Shown here piece after piece: positions 24,301 to 34,800 of a stretch of 64,000 nucleotides of DNA. Both the position numbers and the translations under genes were made by a program. Each line of letters opens with the position of its first letter. The first letter of the stretch is position 1. The notes beneath the pieces were generated by a model. The model saw only the letters and a program-made list of their open reading frames with translations. It searched no databases and was not told where the DNA came from. Source of the DNA: Macrostomum lignano (taxonomy: Eukaryota); assembly GCA_002269645.1 (NCBI GenBank), contig NIVC01001117.1, forward strand, positions 1 through 64,000, in the 5' to 3' direction.

Positions 24301-27300
24301 AGCTGTGCGTGAGCTGTTGTCCAACTCATTCATCCTGCAGAGTTTGCTTTTGTTGGCGATGATCACCCTAGCAGACTTTTGTCTGCAGTCGTCGCCCTGC
24401 TGAAGTCGCACTCAGCCAGCCTCGTGTCCGTGTTCTATGACAGTCACCAGGGTATGCGGCTGCTCTAAAATTGCCTTTTGTTATAATAGACTTAAACCAT
24501 TGCTAATTGATACGTCGTAAACGACAAACTTCAGATGAGAGCCAGATGCAGTCGCTCCAGTCGCAGCTGTCAGCCTCAGGCATTGCGGCTGTCAGCTTTC
24601 AAACTGATGCTCCAACGTCAAACATATCGAGAATTCTGGCTGATTCCATTAAAAAGAAAATCCGATTCAATCTGATCTTTGCCAGGCCCGATGCTGTCTA
24701 CAGTCTGATAAGACAGGTGCTGTTTCACACTAGCTTTCAATTTCCAAATTTTTGGCCTTTATATTTTGATTGCGAAGCAAATTTTGCAGGCGGTTCAAGC
24801 GGAGGCAGTGCAGGCCCACTACTACTGGCTGGCTCTGGACGAGGGGCTGCGGCCGAACCAGCTGCTGCGGCTGCTGCCACCCAACGTGTCGGCCAACGTC
24901 ATGCTGGTCCGCGGCTCGAGTCACGGCCTGCTGGATCCGCAGCGGCTGCGGCTGAGCGGCGGCTGTCCCGACGCCCTGCGAGCCGTCATGGGCGACTCGT
25001 GCGACCCAGGAGCTGTCAGCGTGAGCATCTGAGCATTCTCATTGAGCCTTGGCATCTGAGCATTCTCATTGAGTCTTGGCATCTGAGCATTCTCATTGAG
25101 CCTTGGCATCTGAGCCAAGGACTTCTAGACTAACAGGACGTAAAACTCAAAAATCGTGCAATTTTTTGGAGGCCACGATTTCCTGGAAATAATACACTGC
25201 GAAGATAGGAAAAAATCAGTTTTTCGTCACAAAATCTGTGATTGTATTTGATCTGGGGCAGTGAAGACTACCATTCTTTTAATTTAACATGCACAACATG
25301 TTACTCTATTATATTTTCATATAGCTGTGTATTGAAGTTTTCATTTTCATGTTGTTTTTACTTCATTTCATAAGCCCAAAGTTGCAAATACTCACAAGTG
25401 GCATTAGCCAAATATCAAATTTAAGAAAAGAAAAGCTATTCAAATTTGTAATATAATATTTTTTTAGCCTTTAAAATAAAAATTATAAAAATACTAATCA
25501 ATGTTTTTTCTTATAGATTACCTAGTAAAAATGGTTAGGGCCTATTTTTGTGATTAAGTCTATTATTCTTAAATCTTAGTCTTAAATATAGGCTTGGCTT
25601 AAAAACTGATAATACAGCTTTCTCAAGCCTAGGTAAACAACAATATGAAACTATGTATTGGTAATCTATATATAATAAAAAAATCTGTCTAAATTTAATT
25701 ACTTATTAGGCTAGATAGTGCAGTGATAGGTCTAGTTCTAGTAGGCCTAGGAATTAGTATAGTTACTAAACCTACAATAATAGCTTAAGATTAAGAGTAC
25801 CTACATGCACAGTTTTTATTACAAATATACTTGATTCAAAAAAGGAACAGCACAAAAAGTTTGGCTAATGCCACTTGTGAGTATTTGCAACTTTGGGCTT
25901 ATGAAATGAAGTAAAAACAACATGAAAATGAAAACTTCAATACACAGCTATATGAAAATATAATAGAGTAACATGTTGTGCATGTTAAATTAAAAGAATG
26001 GTAGTCTTCACTGCCCCAGATCAAATACAATCACAGATTTTGTGACAAAAAACTGATTTTTTCCTATCTTCGCAGTGTATTTTTTCCAGGAAATCGTGGC
26101 CTCCAAAAAATTGCACGATTTTTGAGTTTTACGTCCTGTTAGTCTAGAAGTCCTTGATCTGAGCATTCTCATTGAGTCTTGGCATCTGAGCATTCTCATT
26201 GAGCCTTGGCATTCCGGCCATTGTGACCCGTGGTGGGCAAGCCATTGTGACCCGTGGTGGGCAAGCCATTGTGACCCGTGGTGGGCAAGCCATTGTGACC
26301 CGTGGTGGGCAAGCCATTGTGACCCCTCAGCCTCCGTAGCTGCAGATGCGCTCCCAATCGCACTCAGTGAACTCATTTTCTCATCGAACATTCCAGTCTG
26401 TTGAGCTGCGCACCATTGACGCAGTTCTGGCCATGACGAGGGCTGTCCACAGCGTCACAGGCGGCTACACCAGCTCGAGCTCCACCAACGCCAGCTGCAA
26501 CGGCGCCACTCGAGCATGGCCTGATGGCGCACTGGCAGCTCGCGCTCTCGCTAAGGTTGTGAGCGACTTGTCTGCATTCCAACACATTCACATCCGGCAT
26601 CACTGCTGGGAAACTTTTCATTGGAATTCCAGACCACGGACTTCAACACACTCGGCTCTCTGATTTCCTACAATGGCACCACGAGGCACTTCACCAGCTA
26701 CATCGAGGCGGTGTCCACCTTCCACGCCTTCTACACGAGTCCGCTGAGGTACATCGAGAGCGCCAGGTACCACCTCGACAACGCCTCGCTCAGCGTCTCG
26801 TTCGTCTACAAAGACAGGCGACTGGCTTTCCCGAACACCTTCGTGGACTTCAAGAACCGAACTCTCCGAGTCTGCGCTCCGGATGTAGGAGCTAAATTTC
26901 AACTGTCACACTGAAGTATTTGGATTTCATACTTGAAAACTATACCTATTATTGTCTTGAATTTCAGGTTCGTCCCTACGTAATCTACGACGAGAACACT
27001 TACGGAAAGGTCACCGGCCACGCTGAGGATGTGCTCAATATTGTGCGAGAAAATCTGAACTTCTCGTTAGTGACTCGAAAGCGTGAAAATTCTTAGTCAA
27101 TGCCACCAGTTTTAATGCAACTAACATATTGCACCGAGGGGGGGGGGGGCCGTAGCCCAGCGGTAGCGCAGATGCTCTGGTGTCCAGCGACCCAGGCTCG
27201 ATTCCAAGTGCAGTCGCATTAATTTGGGGCTGAATTGGAATTTCGGCTTGGCTCTGCTCGTGCAATTAACGGCTTTGAGAGCCAACCCCCCAAGGCACAG

Positions 27301-29924
27301 TGAAGTGTACATGCCTAACGATAAATAAAGTTAGGGCCGCTGTACACTCCTGTGTGAGTGTGTGCCTGCGTACGTATCCGCGCGCTTGTGTGCCTGCTCA
27401 GGGGAGTCGGCGGAATGGGCAGTAATGCCTCTCGCCGGTTGTGTGCCTATGTCGCTTAAAAAAACATATTGCACCAATATTGCAGAACCATCGTTCTGAA
27501 GCCGCCAGACGGGCAGTTCGGGGCGCCAATCAATGGCACGCAGCGCTTCTCCGGCTGCATTGGAGAGCTGCAGAATGGCGTGAGTTGCTTCTTGAAGATG
27601 GCTTAAGAGTCGCGACGGCTTCAAGTTGTTTGATAAATCTAGCTGTGAGTTTCAGTTTGTTCATCCGATTTCTCTTCCAGAAAGCAGACTTGGCAGTCGT
27701 TTTCGCTGTCACCAATCTGCGCTATGCCGTCGTGGACTACTTGGACGACTACCTGTACTCATCCAACAACATCCTGGTCCGCATACCGCCTCCTGCCAGC
27801 AAAATCTGGAACGTGTTCACGCCGATGACGCTGCAAGTTTGGCTGCTGCTGGCTGCCTCCATCTTCATCGTGCCCTTCATCATCTACCTGCTGGCCTTGT
27901 TCAGCCCCTTCTCCGTTTGGAACCTGAAACTGAGCTTCGCTTTCGCCGACGAGGTCTGGTACAAGGAATACCTGTGGTCCACCATCGGCAGTTTCTTGCA
28001 ACAGGGTCAGGACTTTTATCCATTCGCAATGTCGCCCAGAACCGTGATGGTGTTCTGGTGGCTGCTCACCGTTATTATATTTGGTGCATACACTGGAGAC
28101 CTGACTGCTCACCTGGCTACATCAGTCAGCAGTTTGACTATTAGGACTCTGGAAGACCTGGTGTCCATGCCTTACTACACGGCTTTAGTACCAAGGGGAA
28201 CCAACATTCACACGGCGATTGACATGGCTACGTCGGGACCGATGTTCCAGCTGAAGTCCATGACTGTGCTGGTGCAATCGCACGAGGACTGCGCTAGGAA
28301 GGTGAGGACTGTGCGCCCCGAATTTGGAATTCTTAGAACAGAAAGGTGCAACGAATCGGTGAAATTATGCGCTTTTAAATTTTCAACTTTCAGCTGCTGG
28401 CCTCAACCAATCCGTACACTGTGTGCATCGCGGATCAGAAGTCCAATCTGTACTTTGCTAACCAATTCTGCGAAGAAATGTACGTGGCTGACGAGTATTT
28501 TAACTTCTACTATCTGGCGTGGCCTGTGCCCAAGGATGCGTTCTATGCTGACGCCATGAACTTAATGTAAGCCGCTAATAAAGGGGATAAAGGGGATAAA
28601 ATGGGGATCTCATGTCAACTTAAGGCTCTGGAATGGAGCCCGAAGTTCAGCTCCGGACCAAACCGACTGCAATCGATAACTTGTCGGCCCAGACGACTAG
28701 AATCGCCGAGACATCCCATCCGGGTCCCTTCCTTGGGCTGACTGAAACTCCTCTTGCTGGCCGCTAGGCTGTTGCTCAGTAGGCTTCCGCTGCTGTGGTA
28801 AAGCATTTTCTCTGGCATAAAGTCTGGCAACAAGGCTGCGTGGAAGAGCGGAATCAACAAAGCGAAGGCTGGCACCAGACCTTCGATAGCTATCTTTGTG
28901 GTAAGCGTAGCAGCCCAGGAGTTTGAGCACTGCCATTGCATGACAATCGCAGCCTGCAGTCCTACTTCCAGCTTTTGCTGATGAGCAGTAGCCATGAAGA
29001 AGTTGCAATCATGGATCTCTAAAACCAAAGCGATTGTCCGCTGCTGTCACATACTCTAAGAATCACGCGGTAGGATTTCGAATTATGGCGCGAGAAAACA
29101 ACAGCTAGAAAAATCAAGACGGATGCCACCGACCGAATCGGTTGCTCCAGTTTTCTGGCTGCGTCTCTTGCCGAAACTTCCAACACTTGGATCCAGCGGG
29201 TTGACAGCAATCCATGCCCTTGCGTTGTTAGCAGAGGGGGGCACGCTTCAGATCACAGTTGAAGTGCAGCTGCTCAATTTCGTCCAGTTCGTTGGACAAG
29301 AGCACTCGGCGCATGAAATTCTCACCGAATTCGAACAACGATAGCCCTGTCCATGACGGTGGCAGCTGTTTAAATGATTCAAAACCTGGATGCGCCCGGT
29401 TGTACTTTGCCATCGAGGTCTCGATAACAACGTCTAATCGGCTGGGCTCACTGAAGCCGGCTGACGGCAGCCACTGATACGGTTTGTGCCTCTCGTTAAC
29501 ACATTAGTCCTGCTTAATGGCAGCAAAGCAGCACATAGCGGAACATAGTGGCACAGCGGATGTCTCGGCGATTCTAGTCGTCTGGGCCGACAAGTTATCG
29601 ATTGCAGTCGGTTTGGTCCGGAGCTGAACTTCGGGCTCCATTCTGGTGCTTAAGTTGACATCCCCTTTACCTTCTAGAATTCGTCGGGCTAAAGAGAACG
29701 GCCTCGTTGACATGCTCCGGTTGAAGTACTTCCCAACTAGCAGCTCAGAGTGCTCAAGTGCACAGGGAGGGATATCGGATGCTGAGCCAATTAACCTGGA
29801 GGGCATCGGCGGATCCTGCTTGGTGCCAGGAGTCCTGTACTTAATTGGACTGCTCATCCTGCTGCTTGAGCTCTTCTGGACCGCCTGTCTGAACAAGGAT
29901 CCGCTGCAATGCGTCCTGTTCTGA
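18329..29924 (+). CDS. Divergent ionotropic glutamate receptor / IR-like subunit, paralog A, 12 exons: 18329-18572, 22919-23065, 24341-24451, 24535-24716, 24790-25020, 26397-26558, 26633-26884, 26968-27065, 27486-27579, 27681-28301, 28394-28566, 29678-29924 (about 853 aa)
   Basis: Splice phases close without a stop (2562 nt). Signal peptide, ATD, S1 (PYVIY...G...NFS; GCIGELQNG; ADLAVVFAVTNLRYAVVDY), M1, pore LWSTIGSFLQQG, M3 GAYTGDLTAHL, S2, ENGLVDMLRLKYF and M4. The exon 6 acceptor could instead be 26339 or 26345. Confidence 0.9.
18628..22323 (+). mobile_element. Full-length P-superfamily (THAP9/Galileo-like) DNA transposon, 3696 bp, in intron 1 of iGluR A
   Basis: Perfect 32-bp TIRs (cagggaatcctaaagacctggaagtgacactg at 18628-18659; reverse complement at 22292-22323), subterminal inverted blocks, and 7-bp TSD ggccagt (18621-18627, 22324-22330). 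The empty site is present in paralog B near 38295-38320. Confidence 0.95.
19017..21899 (+). CDS. THAP-domain P-element-type transposase, intronless, about 960 aa from ATG 19017
   Basis: N-terminal THAP finger (CCVFGC...FP...W...CSKHF...AVP); catalytic motifs LIIDE, SCDNSSVN, DTTHNIKNVYNNF and SDPLERQFG; C-terminal CADC and RGGLCCPS; uninterrupted ORF. Confidence 0.95.
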   Translation: MGYKCCVFGCKSGYASQKTENVSYYAFPKDTNLRQRWLRAIPNADLNASEFQRVCSKHFTESDFVKSSSDANQRRKKRRFSASDSKLHLIRLKDDAVPSQFEGLPKYLSKPITQVRSQNATSAARFMGDQVRLDEEISDFFGSDELCDFSDLIQKLEQATIPSGFVRSKEADSVSFYLITRSDSISAPCLLASMTVLQDLTFQVFISGLSCSDSMFKHLLKDDSLHVRQLSTLENMLALIKSSATVAVDSRNSNVSSAFVEGVLKVYLESLSDDSELSSNVNFLAEQFSLIHQKVSARRYSPSTTVFAYLIFSTSRAAYKAILENGALCLPSVRSLVRLNAVLSKEPGVVEEMYLQLRTESLSSREKHVVLIIDEVATAKRIEFNCDSAYGLASDGKMTSSILAFLIKSVGASYQDVVGLFPVNCLTALDLCNMAKEVIAAVTKSGFEIVALSCDNSSVNRKFYSMSAVPEHGLSMRHPCDDQKEIFLLMDTTHNIKNVYNNFQRRGVFHCPAFDNCSNFVARFSDVEAIFEIERGQSSKIAFRLSEKVLRPLNVERTSASLAAAVFDDTTVSALRLYSSTKSTEVDTSTFNSTANFLSMIRKLWAILNVRTPFAGQQLRRPESEPQTNMQDWQLQYLADFVGFLKKWRAVSTGADGLTNETFGSLIQTCSAIPLLCAKLFSTGHFDYILLGKLLSDPLERQFGKYRQMSGGLYFISAKQVVQSENKLRMTSLLKHSEIDLLRLKKSFMKDVEQEDTDVSLRAAEIFADVSDEPCMTLRSNEMGCLNVMFYIAGYLSKSISKGCADCREFLVSEDKVPPMEVTLDDAPNRDFLVRQSSRGGLCCPSDSAFVLCMTAFNSFELIKGSKQLLQKLLSFKPHQTFASVVIVKTQNCAKFSARRFRCSNHSLRQVIRQFSFRLLNCFLKNLSSEANRPSVVGKRKSGEQKRTEDCSRKLAKLNP
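22324..22860. repeat. 32-bp minisatellite (tctatggccagtgcatcagtgcactctgttta) in iGluR A intron 1; target of the P element
   Basis: Direct reading; the same array lies in paralog B at 38295-38965. Confidence 0.95.
23030..24318. repeat. 37/42-bp exon-end/donor duplications followed by an 11-bp array (gtgagctgtgc)n
   Basis: Direct reading. Confidence 0.95.
25116..26156. mobile_element. Non-autonomous foldback DNA element, 1041 bp, about 297-bp TIRs, 8-bp TSD
   Basis: 25116-25412 is the near-perfect reverse complement of 25860-26156. Ends are CAAGG...CCTTG, the TSD atctgagc lies at 25108-25115 and 26157-26164, and the core is AT-rich and non-coding. Confidence 0.92.
26217..26325. repeat. 24-bp repeat (gccattgtgacccgtggtgggcaa); a 27-bp repeat split by the foldback element lies at 25021-25115 and 26157-26215
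   Basis: Direct reading. Confidence 0.9.
27136..27462 (+). mobile_element. tRNA-derived SINE copy 1 (3' end shorter than the other copies)
   Basis: Pol III A box tagcccagcgg, B box ggctcgattcc, short A tail, and 13-bp TSD aacatattgcacc (27123-27135, 27463-27475). Confidence 0.88.
28579..29669. mobile_element. Terminal-inverted-repeat element occupying almost all of iGluR A intron 11
   Basis: 86-bp perfect inverted repeat (28631-28716 and 29558-29643) with imperfect extension out to taaaggggat / atccccttta. TTAA at 28620-28623 and 29650-29653 is a possible TSD. No intact transposase; superfamily unresolved. Confidence 0.75.
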
Positions 29925-30478
29925 TGGTTGTTTTGGGCGTTTGAAAAATTTTTAATATGCGGTTTTAATCGCAACTTTAATATGCTTAAGTTTTTTCTTG
30001 ATTTAATTGTGAAGCACTAATTAGGCATAAAGTTAAGACATTGGAACTTTTGTGTCACCAGAGATCATGTAACTTGTTATACTGAAGTGATCAGCTGATA
30101 ATTTACCATTAACTGATATCTCACAGTATTGCACTGGCACCTATTCAACTTACTTCGTAGGGTCCCGATATTATCACGTACGCTCGTACACAAACAAATA
30201 ACAGTTGCAAAAAAATGCACCAACTGTAAGTCCTTATATTAAAATATTATCCCCAATTCACATTGGCGTACTAATCTTGAAGTAAGGAATTATGTAAATT
30301 ACTGTATATAGGGTTTGAAAGCCTACCAAAGTATAATATATTCATAAAAAAAATAATTTCTTTATTTCCAGTCCAACCTGATCTGGATTTGCAAGTTAAT
30401 CTATATAGGTTTGAGGCTAAATTCATTTGGGGCTCAGGTGGCAACATTTTTTTTCTAGGGCTTCGTAGTTAGTCAGTC

Positions 30479-30531
<53 letters not shown>

Positions 30532-30532
30532 A

Positions 30533-30624
<92 letters not shown>

Positions 30625-30625
30625 C

Positions 30626-30843
<218 letters not shown>

Positions 30844-30844
30844 A

Positions 30845-30923
<79 letters not shown>

Positions 30924-30924
30924 A

Positions 30925-31087
<163 letters not shown>

Positions 31088-31088
31088 A

Positions 31089-31242
<154 letters not shown>

Positions 31243-31243
31243 G

Positions 31244-31305
<62 letters not shown>

Positions 31306-31322
31306 CAGTCAGTCAGTCAGTC

Positions 31323-31372
<50 letters not shown>

Positions 31373-31375
<3 letters not shown>

Positions 31376-31731
31376 TTTTTTTATTAGAGGCAGGGGTTGT
31401 GTGCACCCTGGCGCACTTGAAGCGACATAGGCACACAACCGGCGAGAGGCATTACTGCCCATTCCGCCGACTCCCCTGAGCAGGCACACAAGCGCGCGGA
31501 TACGTACGCAGGCACACACTCACACAGGAGTGTACAGCGGCCCTAACTTTATCAATTGTTAGGCATGTACACTTCACTGCGCCTTGGGGGGTTGGCTCTC
31601 AAGGCCGTTAATTGCACAAGCGAGCCAAGCCGAAATTCCAATTCAGCCCCAAATTAATGTGGCTGCACTTGGAATCGAGCCTGGGTCGCTGGACACCAGA
31701 GCAGCTGCGCTACCGCTGGGCTACGGCCCCC
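31373..31731 (-). mobile_element. tRNA-derived SINE copy 2 (full length) inside the (AGTT)n array
   Basis: Reverse complement of copy 1 plus 3' tail gggtgcacacaacccctgcctctaataaaa and poly(A). Confidence 0.9.
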
Positions 31732-31793
<62 letters not shown>

Positions 31794-31841
31794 ATTAGTT
31801 AGTTAGTTAGTCAGTTAGTTAGTTAGTTAGTTAATTAGTTA

Positions 31842-34800
31842 TGTTGTAGAAATTGAACAAGTCTGAGGGCCGTCAATTTAGCTAACAAGAAAAAATCAAC
31901 AATTAAGCGCTCACTGAGAGGCCTGCGAATATATTATATATTTAGCTCAGTCTCTCGCAACAACGTGGCAGGCACACAACTAACCCTAACACTCCCCCCT
32001 AATGATGCTTCATCATTACAGTATTTAACACTGATATTCGAAAAAGGAAACTCGCTATGAACTTAAAAGAAATTAAACGAAACGAATAGCAAAAAAACAA
32101 ACGAACAACAAAAAACGCTTCAACATTACAACAGACTTGATAACTAAAAATGTGACGCACCATCACTACCCTCCTGCCCTCCAGACAGCGACTATATATT
32201 TTTCATTGGTCCTACGCGTACATGAATATACCTTAAGAACAAATGTACGGTACAGCAGGGGAGGTGGGGCGGGGTGGCGTGATCGGCGTACGCGTTAATT
32301 ATTGATTGGATGGGTGGGGCAGACTGGAGGGTTGGGGCGGGGCAGGAGGGCGAGAAAGGGCACGATTGCACAACAAAAGCAGAAACAGAATTGGCGCCAA
32401 GGAGCAAAAATGTAAGCACCGTCACCAGCGTACTGTAAATTAGAGAATCCCAAATGTCGCGTTGAAAAGTTTACTCAGAGCACGAGCACGATATGCTGGG
32501 ATAAGAACTGAAGATTGAAACTAAGGAGAGCTAAAGACTGAGAAGTCAGATGTCAATAGTCTCTGTCAGCTTAAGAAAAGTCAATAACAGTTCATTCATT
32601 CACGGCTTCTAGCAAAATCAGGTTCTCAACCGGCCGGCGAATCAAGCATCTCCTGGGTCCGCGGTCTGGCCTTTGCACGACTCGAACTGTTGCCGATCTC
32701 ACTGCTCCGTCTCGTCCCGGATGCACCGCCTCGATAATGCCAGTACACCAGGTGAGCCTCGGTTGGCCAGCTTCGCCTTTCACCAGGACGATGTCACCGA
32801 TCGTTGCCTCTCGGATCACGCCGTGCTTAGGATTGAGCCGATGTTCACGCAGGCTGGTCAGATACTGCCGCTCCCAGCAGTCCCAGAAGGCGTGAAGTCT
32901 GGCGCGCATTCGCTTCAGCATTTTTGGCAACGGTAGCAGAAGATCCGGCGCGCAACTAGAAGTAGGTTCCGCTGTCAGCCGCTGCAACACCAGGAAGTGT
33001 GCCGGTGTCAGACCTTTGGGCTCGGCATCCACGTAGAGCAGAGGGCGACTGTTGAGCACCGCCTCCACCCCATGAGCAGTGTCAGCAGTTCGTCCAGTGT
33101 TAGACTTGCATTCAGAAGGGTTTTGCGCAGCGCCAGTTTGATGTCCTTAATCAGTCGCTCCTAGAAGCCTCCTTGCTAGGGTGCGCGTTCGGTGATGAAC
33201 TGCCAGGTAATCTTCCGAGCGGCGCAGAACTCCTGAACCTTTTGACTCTCCGATGCTTGTAATATCCGCGCGGCTTTGACGAATGTCTTAGCTTTATCGC
33301 TGATGAGACTAGGGATACCTCTCCTTGCACAGAATCTCCTTAGGGCTCTTAAGAAGGTCTCAGTTGTTAGATCTTTCACCAGTTCTAGATGAAGCGCTCG
33401 CGTTGCTGCGCAGGTAAACACTAAAATTTAGCCCTTCTCGACAGCAGTGTCTTCTCTCAGCTTGACCGGACCACAGTAGTCGAGCCCGCTCCACTCGAAT
33501 GATCTCATTGCTTTCACGCGAGATTCTGGCAACGCAGGAACTTGCTTCACAGCGAACGGGAGTCCCTGAAGACGCCTGCAGACGACGCATTTTCCAAGAA
33601 TTGCCTTCACTCGCTGCCTGCCACGGATCAGCCAAAACTTCTCTCGCAGTTTGCAAAGGGTGCTTGGAACTCCCCCGTGCAGAACTTTGCTGTGCGCGTC
33701 TCGGATGAGGAGAACTTCTAGATGAGTCTTGTTCGGGATGAGGATGGGGCAATCAGCAGCTATTCGGTGCCTCTCGAGGAAGAGATTAAGCTGCTTTGCG
33801 AGGTCCATAGATGCTGTCGACCTTTCAAAGTGAGCAATCTCAGCAGGGAAACTCCTTCGTTGTACATCTTTCAGCCAACGCTCCTCTGCTTCTGACACTT
33901 CTGCAGCTGTCAAAGTTCCTGCTCGCTCCTCCCCCGCTGCGGAAGTTCGAACTTGTAGGTTCTTGACAAATCGAAAGACGTAAGCCGTCACCCTAATGAG
34001 CTTGGTCCAGGAGGAGAAATCCGAATCTGGTATAACTCGATGCAGTCCCAAGTCCGGAACATCAGTGAGAAGGACGATTGATTTGTCTGCTGATGGCTTC
34101 TGCTCCTCGTCTGCCGTTGCTGAGGTTAGATTGAGAAAGGATTGGCCAGGCTAGCCTTCTGGAGGTCGAGTCAGCCAATCAGGACCATGCCACCAGCTGG
34201 TATCAGTCTTCAGCTTGTCGACCGAAGTGCCGCGAGATGCAACACTGGCAGGGTTCTCATTGCCTGGCACGTGTCGCCATGATTCCTCCGGAAGCAGCCC
34301 GCGGATCTCAGAGACTCGGTTGTGAACAAAAGAGCTTCCATGGCTTGTGCTGTCGGATCCAGTACAGAGTATCGGCACTATCTGTCCAGCAGAAAACTTG
34401 GCGGACTTGAGGATGTTGACTCAGGGCTGAAATCACTAGTCTGGCCAGTATCAGGGCAGCTAATAGTTCCAGCCGAGGAACCGACAGGGCCGATAGTGGA
34501 GCCACTCCGGCCTTCGCCGTCACCAGGATATAGCTGACAGAACCGTCGGTGTACTGAACTCGTAGGTAGAGACAAGCCGCGTAGCATTTTGCGGATGCGT
34601 CACAGAAGCCATGCAGCTGCATCTCTTGGACCACCCGTGTCGCGAAAAGCACCAGCCGCGGTACCTGGAATCGTGCTTTCAGCATGTCCTGCAGCCACTT
34701 CTGCCACAGCTGTTCAGTCGGCTCATCCAGCGGGCAATCCCAAGCAACTTTGTGAGCACAGAGCGTCTGAAACATTGTTTTCGGCTAAGTCAGTAGTGGA

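Noticed and set aside
28567-29677. Intron gain caused by the TIR element
   Set aside because: Paralog B has an intron at the same codon position and phase (43592-44471), so the intron predates the element.
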